Source of the DNA: a virus
Taxonomy: Duplodnaviria; Caudoviricetes
Direction: 5' to 3' (one strand)
Length of the DNA stretch: 25,491 nt
IMG/VR virus record: IMGVR_UViG_3300037044_000210
Span: 1-25,491 of that record
This document shows positions 1 to 6,772 of the stretch, in pieces. Made by a program: the position numbers and the translations under genes. How positions within the stretch are numbered: position 1 is the first letter of the stretch; each line of letters opens with the position of its first letter. Under the pieces are notes generated by a model that saw only the letters and a list, made by a program, of their open reading frames with translations, was not told where the DNA came from and made no database searches.

Positions 1-648
1 CTTGCCGCCGCCGATAGCCTCGAACATGAGCTTGTTCGCCATCTTCGACGGGATCTTCAGGAGCTGGGCTTGATCCTCGTTGCGGCGGGCATGCGGGTTG
101 TAGTCGTCGGGCATAGCCGGGTTCGACCGACGCGGATCACGATGGGCATTGAACAGCATGGCGAGCAGGGACGATGTGCGGCGCCATTCCTCGGCTCCTC
201 GTGCCTCGGCCATCTCCAGGAGCTCGCGCAGCGTGAGCGGGCCGGGATCGACACCGACCTTTCCGGCCGCCTGATAGATCATCTCCCAGATTTCCGCCGA
301 GGTCGGCACCGGGCGATTGATCTTCGGCTTCGGAGCACCGGGGCGCGGCGACGGGAAGAACGCCAGGATGTCGCCATCGAGCGCCTCGGCCGCAGCCAGC
401 AGTATCCCCTTGCCGGTCAGGGCCGCACCGAAGTCCTCGTCGGTCATGCCACGCAGGTCGGCCTGCGGCAGGCAGACCGCATAGAGGACGTTGGTGAGAA
501 GGGCCAGATCCGAACCGAAACGACTCAGCAGGTTTGAGTGAATGGCCTCGAACAGGTCCACCCCGACGACGCCACGGACGCGCCTGACCGCAGCGACGTC
601 GATCGCCACGGTCCAGATGCGTCCTTGGTTGTCGCGGAATACCTGCAT
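1..648 (-). CDS. Tail assembly chaperone, G-like and T-like parts in one frame (3'-truncated at window edge; missing from ORF track)
   Basis: Hand translation from ATG 648: MQVFRDNQGRIWTVAIDVAAVRRVR...DILAFFP...IWEMIYQAAGKVGVDPGPLTLRELLEMAEAR...W...LLAMLFNAHRDP...PDDYNP. It is open for 216 codons to base 1, has an AAGGA SD, and follows the tail tube genes. Confidence 0.75.
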   Translation of the reverse strand, partial: MQVFRDNQGRIWTVAIDVAAVRRVRGVVGVDLFEAIHSNLLSRFGSDLALLTNVLYAVCLPQADLRGMTDEDFGAALTGKGILLAAAEALDGDILAFFPSPRPGAPKPKINRPVPTSAEIWEMIYQAAGKVGVDPGPLTLRELLEMAEARGAEEWRRTSSLLAMLFNAHRDPRRSNPAMPDDYNPHARRNEDQAQLLKIPSKMANKLMFEAIGGGK

Positions 649-659
649 GATCGGGATCC

Positions 660-1097
660 TTATACCGGGTCGCTGGGGCCGGTGGCGGTCCACTCGACAG
701 TGCGGTCGGTGTCGGCGTGGGGCTTGACGGCAATGGTGATCTCCATGACGCCGGAGTTTGGCTCGGCGCGGGGGCAGGAGATGACCTGGAAGTCGGCGTC
801 GATGCCGGCGCCGCCCTCCTCGTCAAGGACGGCCAGGGCGATGGCGGTTCCCTCGGTGAAGGAGTTGCGCAGGGCCTGATAGAAGGCGTCGGAGCCGTCA
901 GCGTTCATCTTCCAGTCGACGGAGCAGTCCTTGAGGCCGCGCAAGTAGGCCTTGTATCCGCCGTGGGCGCGGGTGGAGGCGTCGACCTCGTCGGCCTTGA
1001 GGTCGAGGGTGAGGTCGCGGATGTTCTCGGCGGGGGTGTCGGCCTGGGCTTCGGCGGCGCCGTAGTACAGCCGACCTTCGATTCCAATCCTGGGCAT
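660..1097 (-). CDS. Tail tube protein, paralog 2 (siphovirus TP901-1/lambda-like fold)
   Basis: 145 aa with NIRDLTLD..ADEVDASTR..GGYKAYL.GLKD motif, AGGAGG SD, and position before the chaperone. Confidence 0.8.
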   Translation of the reverse strand: MPRIGIEGRLYYGAAEAQADTPAENIRDLTLDLKADEVDASTRAHGGYKAYLRGLKDCSVDWKMNADGSDAFYQALRNSFTEGTAIALAVLDEEGGAGIDADFQVISCPRAEPNSGVMEITIAVKPHADTDRTVEWTATGPSDPV

Positions 1098-1131
1098 GGT
1101 TCAATCCTCCTGGATGATGGTTCGTTGTGGG

Positions 1132-1566
1132 TTAGGTCGGCAGGCCGGATCCGCCGGACCAGACCATGAGGCCTGCGGCCCCGGCGTGGGGCTTAGCGGT
1201 GATCTTCACGGCCATGACGCCGGAGTTGGGCTGGGCCTGGGCGAGGCCCATGATCTGGAAGTCGCCAAAGGCACCCTCGCCAGCGGTGGTGTCCAGGCAC
1301 TTGAGGGCGATGGCCGTGCCGTTGAGGAACGAGGCCAGGCAGGCCAGGATGAAGGCGTCTTCGGCGTCCCAGTTGGATTCCCATTCGATGGAGAAATCCT
1401 TGAGTCCGCCGAGGTAGGCCTTCCATCCGCCATGGGCGCGAGTGGTGGCGTCGACCTCGTCCCGCTTCGGGTCGAAGGTCACGTCGCGGACGTTGGTGGC
1501 CTCGGTCGCAGCCGCGCTGCCGGCGATGCCGTAGGAAAGCTTTCCGTTGATTCCGGTGCGTGGCAT
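1132..1566 (-). CDS. Tail tube protein, paralog 1
   Basis: 144 aa with NVRDVTFD..RDEVDATTR..GGWKAYL.GLKD. Aligns without gaps to 660-1097. Confidence 0.8.
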   Translation of the reverse strand: MPRTGINGKLSYGIAGSAAATEATNVRDVTFDPKRDEVDATTRAHGGWKAYLGGLKDFSIEWESNWDAEDAFILACLASFLNGTAIALKCLDTTAGEGAFGDFQIMGLAQAQPNSGVMAVKITAKPHAGAAGLMVWSGGSGLPT

Positions 1567-1587
1567 GGTTCAGCCCAGCCTTTCTGT

Positions 1588-2025
1588 TTATTTCGTTGCG
1601 TGTTGTGCGTCGAGCTCAAGAAGGTATGCGGAGCACGTGGAATCGGCCGCGACCGGCCGGAATCCCGTGGGACGGTAGATGACATCGTTGATGTTGAGGG
1701 CAGAGCGCGGCCCGTTCGGGGGGATGAAGAGGTCGGCGGCGGAGTCGAGCAGTGTCCAGATGGCGACAGCCTTCTTCTCGGCAGTCGCTTCGAACGGGGC
1801 GACCAGGAGGATGCCGGGGGAGACATCCCGGACCGAGACGGTGGGATCGTAGTCTCCGGGGCCGAGGCAGACGACGGCGGCGGGCAGCCGGGACAGCGTC
1901 GGGATGAACTTGTAGAGCTGCTCATGGCTGGTGATCGCGGCGACGCGAACTTCGCGGCAGATGGCGGCGGTTTCGATCAGGTCCTTGAGGTCCTGGGCCA
2001 TTTCGTTCAGGGTGCGTGCGGCCAT
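1588..2025 (-). CDS. Putative tail terminator / neck protein (Mu gp37-like position)
   Basis: 145 aa from ATG 2025 (SD AAGGGGG). PAAVV core motif and synteny between the morphogenesis gene and tail tube. Confidence 0.6.
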   Translation of the reverse strand: MAARTLNEMAQDLKDLIETAAICREVRVAAITSHEQLYKFIPTLSRLPAAVVCLGPGDYDPTVSVRDVSPGILLVAPFEATAEKKAVAIWTLLDSAADLFIPPNGPRSALNINDVIYRPTGFRPVAADSTCSAYLLELDAQHATK

Positions 2026-2027
2026 GG

Positions 2028-2597
2028 TCAAATCCCCCTTCCGGCTGCGCGAAGTTCGCGATCCAGCCACCACAGGGCCTCGCCGATGCCGATGCCCTCG
2101 ATCTCGGGGACGGTCGGGAACCAGGGATCCGGCTTCTGCGTGACCTTGGTGCGGAGCACGAACAGCGGATGGAACCCCACGCCCGGCTCGTCGTAACCCA
2201 GGATGCCGATGGTGTCGGCCTTGTCGGACGGCAGGACGAACAGGTCGCGGCCGCCAGCCGCGAACTCGCCTGCGGTCTTGCCTTTCGCCTCGTCGGAGAT
2301 CGGAATGGTGAGGGCGCGGCGGTTCTTCGGCCGGATGGTTCCGCCAAACTGCTTGTGGGCGGCGACGGGGTGATCGTTGTAGACGATGGCGGAATCGTCG
2401 GAGACCATGGTGACGGCGGTGCGGTCGGCAAGCTCTCGCCAGAACGAGCGGCCGCCCTTGGCGCGGGCGTTCATCCGCGCGAGCCTGGCGACCCTGCCTG
2501 CCCAGGTCTTGATGAACGGGCGCGTCCGCTTCAGGCGGGCTGCGAGATTCGCAAGTCCGCGCTCGGCGTCGGTGCTGTCAATCTTGACATCCAACAT
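2028..2597 (-). CDS. Phage virion morphogenesis / tail completion protein (Mu gpG-like)
   Basis: AAHKQFGGTIRPKNRRALTIP motif typical of this family, plus synteny. Confidence 0.75.
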   Translation of the reverse strand: MLDVKIDSTDAERGLANLAARLKRTRPFIKTWAGRVARLARMNARAKGGRSFWRELADRTAVTMVSDDSAIVYNDHPVAAHKQFGGTIRPKNRRALTIPISDEAKGKTAGEFAAGGRDLFVLPSDKADTIGILGYDEPGVGFHPLFVLRTKVTQKPDPWFPTVPEIEGIGIGEALWWLDRELRAAGRGI

Positions 2598-2599
2598 GG

Positions 2600-3034
2600 T
2601 CAGAATCCTTGGAGCTTCTTGCGCGTCATGACCGGGCGGTCGCGTTTGATGAGGACGGCGCTGCCGGCGCCGCCGGTGGACTCGGCGGGATCGGCGGGCA
2701 GGCGAAACTTTCCATCGGCGATGCGGGAGAGCTGCTCGCGGACGTTCTTGGTCATGGCCTTGACCTTCTCGGGCAGGTCGGCCCCGCCGGAGCGGCTGTA
2801 GGCCAGCTCCTCGGCGAGGGTCAGGGTCCAGGCCTTGAGCAGGGCCAGGGCGCCGTCGGCGGTGACCGGCACGGCATAGCGGGCGGCGATCGCGCCGTCG
2901 ATCTCGGCGGAGGCGGCGTCCAGGTCGGCGGTCATGAGGGACTCGTCGACGACGCCGGTTTCGTCGTCGCCGTACAGCGCGGCATAGGCGCGCCTGAGGC
3001 GGGAACTCAACTCGGCTGCTGTCGCGTATGCCAT
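2600..3034 (-). CDS. Head-tail adaptor, Mu gp36-like (DUF1320)
   Basis: MAYATAAEL...DAASAEIDGAIAARYAVPV...L.RIADGK.L signature; directly after the capsid gene. Confidence 0.85.
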   Translation of the reverse strand: MAYATAAELSSRLRRAYAALYGDDETGVVDESLMTADLDAASAEIDGAIAARYAVPVTADGALALLKAWTLTLAEELAYSRSGGADLPEKVKAMTKNVREQLSRIADGKFRLPADPAESTGGAGSAVLIKRDRPVMTRKKLQGF

Positions 3035-3082
3035 AGCGGGGAACTCAAGTTTAAGATTTCAGATTTCAGGTGGGGGAAGAGT

Positions 3083-3122
3083 CCGCCCTGGGGCGGCCGG
3101 AGATCCGGCCGCCCCGGGCGGG
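3083..3122 (-). terminator. Strong GC hairpin downstream of major capsid gene (partial terminator or mRNA-stabilising stem)
   Basis: CCGCCCTGGGGCGGCCGG-AGAT-CCGGCCGCCCCGGGCGG inverted repeat; only a weak U-tract on the minus strand. Confidence 0.5.
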
Positions 3123-3127
3123 GATGG

Positions 3128-4039
3128 TCAGGCGAAGTTGCCGATCACGAGCTGCGGGGCGAACCCGACGGACGCGCCACGGTAGTGGAGGCCGTAGTGG
3201 TTCTCGTTGTGGTCCTTGACGCAGAGGTCGTGGTCCTGGTCATAGGCGACCAGCGGGTTGATCTCCCGCTGCTGGACCGCGACCGGCATGAAGCCGCGGT
3301 TCAGGCAGAGCAGGAACCAGTAGCCGGCGGCGGTGCCGACCAGCCGCGGGTTGACCTCCAGCTCGACCTCGTCCTGGTGGACGTTGCTGACGGCCACGCC
3401 GCCGGAGACGACGAGGCTCGCCTTGACGATCTGCCGGCCGGTCTTCTCGTTGCTCGGGCCGACCATGAGGTGCGTCGGCACCAGGCCGAGGGGCTCGCCG
3501 TCGGCGCCGAGGAACCCCATCATGAGGCTGCGCGCGGTCTCGTAGTTGGCCTCAGAGAGGGAATTGGTGGTCTTGTTGACCATGACGCCGCTCTTGCCGA
3601 GCCGCCGGGCGCTGGCGCCGCTGCTGGTCGAGATGTAGAAGGTCTTGTCGTCGACCCACAGCGCCGTCTGGTCGGTCAGGGCTTCGGTGCCCAGGCGCGG
3701 CCAGAGGTTGTTGGCGTTGATGCCGATGGCGCGGAAGACCGGCGGGTAGAGTCCGACCAGGTCGTCCTTGATGTTGTTGCGCTTGACGCGCTCGGTGTGC
3801 TCGAAGTCGCGGTTGATGACCTTCATCATCTTGCCGTCGAGATCGTTGATCAGGCGGGGGCCGACCCACTCGCGCATGGTGCCGGTGACCAGGATCGACG
3901 GATACGCCTCGAGGGCGCCCTTGCTCGGGACGACCATGCACCACTTCAGGTGGCTCTGGTCGGCCTGCGCCAGCCCCTCGTTGAGGGCCGTGTCGAACCC
4001 GGTGAACAACGAGTCCAGGTTTTCTCGGGTGAGGTCCAT
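3128..4039 (-). CDS. Major capsid protein (Mu gpT-like)
   Basis: 303 aa with MREWVGPR..N.DFEHT..VKRN.I.DD..GLY, GEPLGLVPTHLMVGP and VNPRL..WFL motifs; AGGA SD. Confidence 0.92.
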   Translation of the reverse strand: MDLTRENLDSLFTGFDTALNEGLAQADQSHLKWCMVVPSKGALEAYPSILVTGTMREWVGPRLINDLDGKMMKVINRDFEHTERVKRNNIKDDLVGLYPPVFRAIGINANNLWPRLGTEALTDQTALWVDDKTFYISTSSGASARRLGKSGVMVNKTTNSLSEANYETARSLMMGFLGADGEPLGLVPTHLMVGPSNEKTGRQIVKASLVVSGGVAVSNVHQDEVELEVNPRLVGTAAGYWFLLCLNRGFMPVAVQQREINPLVAYDQDHDLCVKDHNENHYGLHYRGASVGFAPQLVIGNFA

Positions 4040-4096
4040 GGGATGCTTTCCTTTCTTGCCCGGCCGGGAAGCCCCCGGCCGATGCGGTTTTGACGG

Positions 4097-5269
4097 TTAG
4101 GCGGAGGCCATGATGTTCTGGGCCTTGAGGACGGCGATGATGGCGGCGAGGTCGACCTTGGCGGCGTTCAACTGGGTCGCGAACGTCTTGGCGTCGTTGA
4201 TCAGCACCACGTTGAGCGCCTGCTGGAGGTTCAGCTCGGTGGCGAACGACTTGGCGTCGTTGATCAGCACCGTGTTCAGCGCCCGCTGTGTGGCCAGCTC
4301 GGTGGTGACCTCCTTGAGGTTGTTCTGCGCCACGCCGGCCAGGGTGGCCAGCTCGATGACCTTCTGGGCCAGGTCGCTGTCGTTCTGGAGCAGGACGGCC
4401 AACGCCGTGCTGGTGGTGTTCAGCTTGGCCGCCAACTGGGCGATGGCGGCGGTGGTCGGCGCGAGGTCGGCGCTGCCGGCGTTGGCCGAGTTGGTGATCG
4501 AGGCGATGGTGTCGTTGGCGGGATCGACTCCGCCGGAACTGTCGGTGATCGCCGCCGCCGGCGTCGCCGCGGCGACGGTGTCGTCGTGGGTGGCGTCCTT
4601 GCCGGTGCTGTCGGTCAGCGTGACCGGCGCGGCCTGGGCGGCGACGGTGCCGTCGGCGGTGCCGCCGCCGTTGTCGGTCAGGTTGGTCGTGTTGGTCTCG
4701 GCGGCGGGGGCGGTGTTGGCCGTGCCGGTCATCGCGGTGACGGTCAGCGCGTCGATGTTGGTCTCGGCGGCGGGAGCCGTGTTGGCCGTGCCCGTCATCG
4801 CGGTGAGGGTCAGGGCGGAGGTGGTCGGGGTGACCATGGCGGACTGGGAGGCGCTGCCGGCGTCATGCAGGGCCTGCGCGGCGGCGCGGGCGGGGGCACG
4901 GGTGTCGACGAACACACCGTCATCGTCCACGTCCACGACCAGGCCGGCGATCACCGCGTAGGTGCCGGGATCGGAGGACACGGTCTCGCTGTCCTCGACG
5001 TAGGCGACCGAGCCGCGGTCGGCGCGGGTGAAGGCGTTGGTGCTCGAGTTCGTGAGGCGGAACACGCCGTCCTTGATCTCGGCGGTTTCGGCGGTGTCGC
5101 GGACGGCTTCGAAGCGCCCGGCGACGGTCAGGCCGGTGGCGTCCTCGGCGTTGAGGCAGTCGCCCGAGGCGTCGAGGCACGCGAGATGACCCTCGGTGGC
5201 CGTCTCGCCAGAGGCGATGTCGAACACGGCGACCGGGGAGGTCGATTTGATTTCCGGAGTCTTGCTCAT
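4097..5269 (-). CDS. Capsid decoration/cement protein with long repetitive head-fibre-like extension
   Basis: The N-terminal ~125 aa (G.VAYVEDSETV...AGLVVDVDDDGVFVD) resemble DUF2190/Mu gp33-type cement proteins. An Ala/Thr-rich stalk, heptad repeats and a terminal AIIAVLKAQNIMA follow. It lies between scaffold and capsid. Confidence 0.7.
   Translation of the reverse strand: MSKTPEIKSTSPVAVFDIASGETATEGHLACLDASGDCLNAEDATGLTVAGRFEAVRDTAETAEIKDGVFRLTNSSTNAFTRADRGSVAYVEDSETVSSDPGTYAVIAGLVVDVDDDGVFVDTRAPARAAAQALHDAGSASQSAMVTPTTSALTLTAMTGTANTAPAAETNIDALTVTAMTGTANTAPAAETNTTNLTDNGGGTADGTVAAQAAPVTLTDSTGKDATHDDTVAAATPAAAITDSSGGVDPANDTIASITNSANAGSADLAPTTAAIAQLAAKLNTTSTALAVLLQNDSDLAQKVIELATLAGVAQNNLKEVTTELATQRALNTVLINDAKSFATELNLQQALNVVLINDAKTFATQLNAAKVDLAAIIAVLKAQNIMASA
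4166..4305. repeat. Tandem 63-bp (21-aa) coding repeat
   Basis: TELATQRALNTVLINDAKSFA / TELNLQQALNVVLINDAKTFA / TQLN; units start at 4166 and 4229. Confidence 0.85.
4691..4816. repeat. Tandem 66-bp (22-aa) coding repeat
   Basis: ALT(L/V)TAMTGTANTAPAAETN twice; near-identical DNA at 4691-4750 and 4757-4816. Confidence 0.9.
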
Positions 5270-5330
5270 CTTCTTCCTCGTTGTTTTTGGGTTTCAGGAA
5301 CCTGGTTGATGGGGTTGGTTGAGGTTGCGG

Positions 5331-5912
5331 CTACTTGCCGGCTTCGGCCTTGGCCTTCTTGGTGGCGAGGAAATCCGCCTCCTTGATGCCGATGAGCTTG
5401 CAGACCTCGCGGTCGGACGCGCTCAGGGCGACGGAGTCCGGGGCGGTCACATGGGTCCGGTCGATCCGGCCCTGGACAACCACCGGGGCGACGGCGAGGA
5501 ACGCGCCGAGCGCAACGGAGTCCTGCTTCCTGGCCCACTCGAGCTGCGGCCCGTCGGTCAGCTTGCCGGCGGTGCGGCCCTGCTCGATGAGCTCGTCGCG
5601 CTTGCGGGTCTCGGCGGCCAGTTCGAGCGCGTCGACGCGGGTCTTGAGACCGTCTGCCTGGCGCGCCTTCTCGGCGAGGCCGAGGATGGCGCCCTGGGCG
5701 GCGTTCAGGTCGGCGTCGGCGCCCAGCGCGAGGGTATCGCGCACGGCGCCGAGGAACGAGTCCGCGGCGGACTTGACCTTGCGCAGGCCGGGCAGTTCGT
5801 TCTTGAGGGTTTCGATCTTTTCGACGACGCCTTCCGGCGCGTCCTGGTCCGCTCCGAGGGACAGGCTGTCCATCCCCAGGAGCCCGGCGAGAGCGGTGAG
5901 CAGCTTCTTCAC
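5331..5912 (-). CDS. Scaffolding protein (Mu gpZ-like) from internal in-frame start
   Basis: AAAGGAG SD followed by in-frame GTG at 5912 (VKKLLTALAGLLG). Coiled-coil, ending LSASDREVCKLIGIKEADF. The nested I/Z arrangement is known from Mu. Confidence 0.7.
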   Translation of the reverse strand: MKKLLTALAGLLGMDSLSLGADQDAPEGVVEKIETLKNELPGLRKVKSAADSFLGAVRDTLALGADADLNAAQGAILGLAEKARQADGLKTRVDALELAAETRKRDELIEQGRTAGKLTDGPQLEWARKQDSVALGAFLAVAPVVVQGRIDRTHVTAPDSVALSASDREVCKLIGIKEADFLATKKAKAEAGK

Positions 5913-6626
5913 GGACTTCTCCTTTGCGGGTTCGGTTTTCGGGTGGCGGTTGCGGGATATCTGATTCGCGCTGGCGGCGATGGCGTCGACCGCGCGGCCG
6001 ATCTCGGCGAGGGTGAGGGTGCGGGGTTTCGTGTCGGCGGATGCGGCGATGGCGTCGAGGTTGTTGATGGCGGGCTCATTCTCGAATGCCACGCTGGTGA
6101 TCCGGAGGCGGCCGTCGGCCAAGCCGCGCAGGACGGGGGAGAACCAGCGGAAGATGCCCTCGGCCATAAGGTCGCGGGCCAGGGGGACGTACTCGACGTT
6201 GACGGCCCAGAGGCCATCGTCACGCAGCTCCAGGTCGGCGTAGCCGAAGGTGCCGCGCCCGTAGGGTAGCAGGCGCAGGACTTCGGACTCGTCCACCCCA
6301 AACTTCTCGGCCAGGCGGTAGAGGAAGTGGCGGCTGTCCAGGGGAATCTTGCCGCCCTTCTCCTGGAAGTAGCCGACGATCTCCTGGAACATCTCCGGGG
6401 TGAAGTCGAGGACGATCCGCTCGTTGCCGTTGCGGGTGATCTCGGTGCGGCCGACCGGGAACAAACGCCAGGCGAACGGCACGCCGGAGGCGTCGCGCTC
6501 TATGGCCTGTGGCAGTCCGCCCGCCATCGCACCCAGGTCTTGCACGCCCAGCGCAACGGCGTTGCAGGCATCCGGCAGGGCCGCCGCAAGGGCGTTGCGA
6601 AATTCGCTGAATTTGCGGTTCTTCAC
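5331..6626 (-). CDS. Prohead protease (Mu gpI-like) with C-terminal scaffold
   Basis: GTG start at 6626 with AAGGA SD. Motifs: IPLDSRH, LELRDDGLWAVNVEY...A...FRWFSPV, SVAFENEPAINNLDAI. Confidence 0.85.
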   Translation of the reverse strand: MKNRKFSEFRNALAAALPDACNAVALGVQDLGAMAGGLPQAIERDASGVPFAWRLFPVGRTEITRNGNERIVLDFTPEMFQEIVGYFQEKGGKIPLDSRHFLYRLAEKFGVDESEVLRLLPYGRGTFGYADLELRDDGLWAVNVEYVPLARDLMAEGIFRWFSPVLRGLADGRLRITSVAFENEPAINNLDAIAASADTKPRTLTLAEIGRAVDAIAASANQISRNRHPKTEPAKEKSVKKLLTALAGLLGMDSLSLGADQDAPEGVVEKIETLKNELPGLRKVKSAADSFLGAVRDTLALGADADLNAAQGAILGLAEKARQADGLKTRVDALELAAETRKRDELIEQGRTAGKLTDGPQLEWARKQDSVALGAFLAVAPVVVQGRIDRTHVTAPDSVALSASDREVCKLIGIKEADFLATKKAKAEAGK

Positions 6627-6772
6627 TTGACTTTTCCTTCGGTGCGGGATAGGATGCGTACAGGAACCGTTGCGTCGTCCAAGGTAGTTAGGACGCCGGT
6701 GGCCCCGGTCGAGGCTGGGGAGCAAACGCCGGAAACGTCACGTGCAAGTCGTGGCTGCAACGGTTTTTTCAT
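6623..6772 (-). CDS. Possible 49-aa ORF bridging MuF and protease (antisense to tRNA-like RNA)
   Basis: ATG overlaps the MuF stop (ATGA) and its TGA overlaps the protease GTG (GTGA). No recognisable domain. Confidence 0.35.
   Translation of the reverse strand: MKKPLQPRLARDVSGVCSPASTGATGVLTTLDDATVPVRILSRTEGKVK
6627..6655 (+). promoter_or_regulatory. Sigma70-type promoter, antisense to the late operon
   Basis: TTGACT (6627-6632), 17-bp spacer, TAGGAT (6650-6655); predicted start near 6662. Confidence 0.75.
6663..6769 (+). ncRNA. tRNA-like RNA 1 with expanded anticodon arm
   Basis: Closing/acceptor stem GGAACCGTTGCG (6663-6674) / TGCAACGGTTTT (6756-6767). U8. D arm GTCC-AAGGTAGTTA-GGAC. Stem CCGGTG/CGCCGG enclosing hairpin CCCCGGT-CGAG-GCTGGGG plus AGCAAA. 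Variable loop AAAC. T arm GTCACG-TGCAAGT-CGTGGC. Ends in T6. Confidence 0.75.

Noticed and set aside
3054-3068. AGATTTC heptamer repeat
   Set aside because: Only two copies; too short to support a function.
4166-4816. Tandem repeats as CRISPR array or DGR template/variable repeats
   Set aside because: They are in-frame coding repeats with mostly synonymous differences; no spacers, cas genes, reverse transcriptase or adenine-specific variation.
6663-6769. Simple rho-independent terminator
   Set aside because: The closing stem encloses three further arms with tRNA landmarks, there is an upstream promoter, and no + strand gene needs terminating here.
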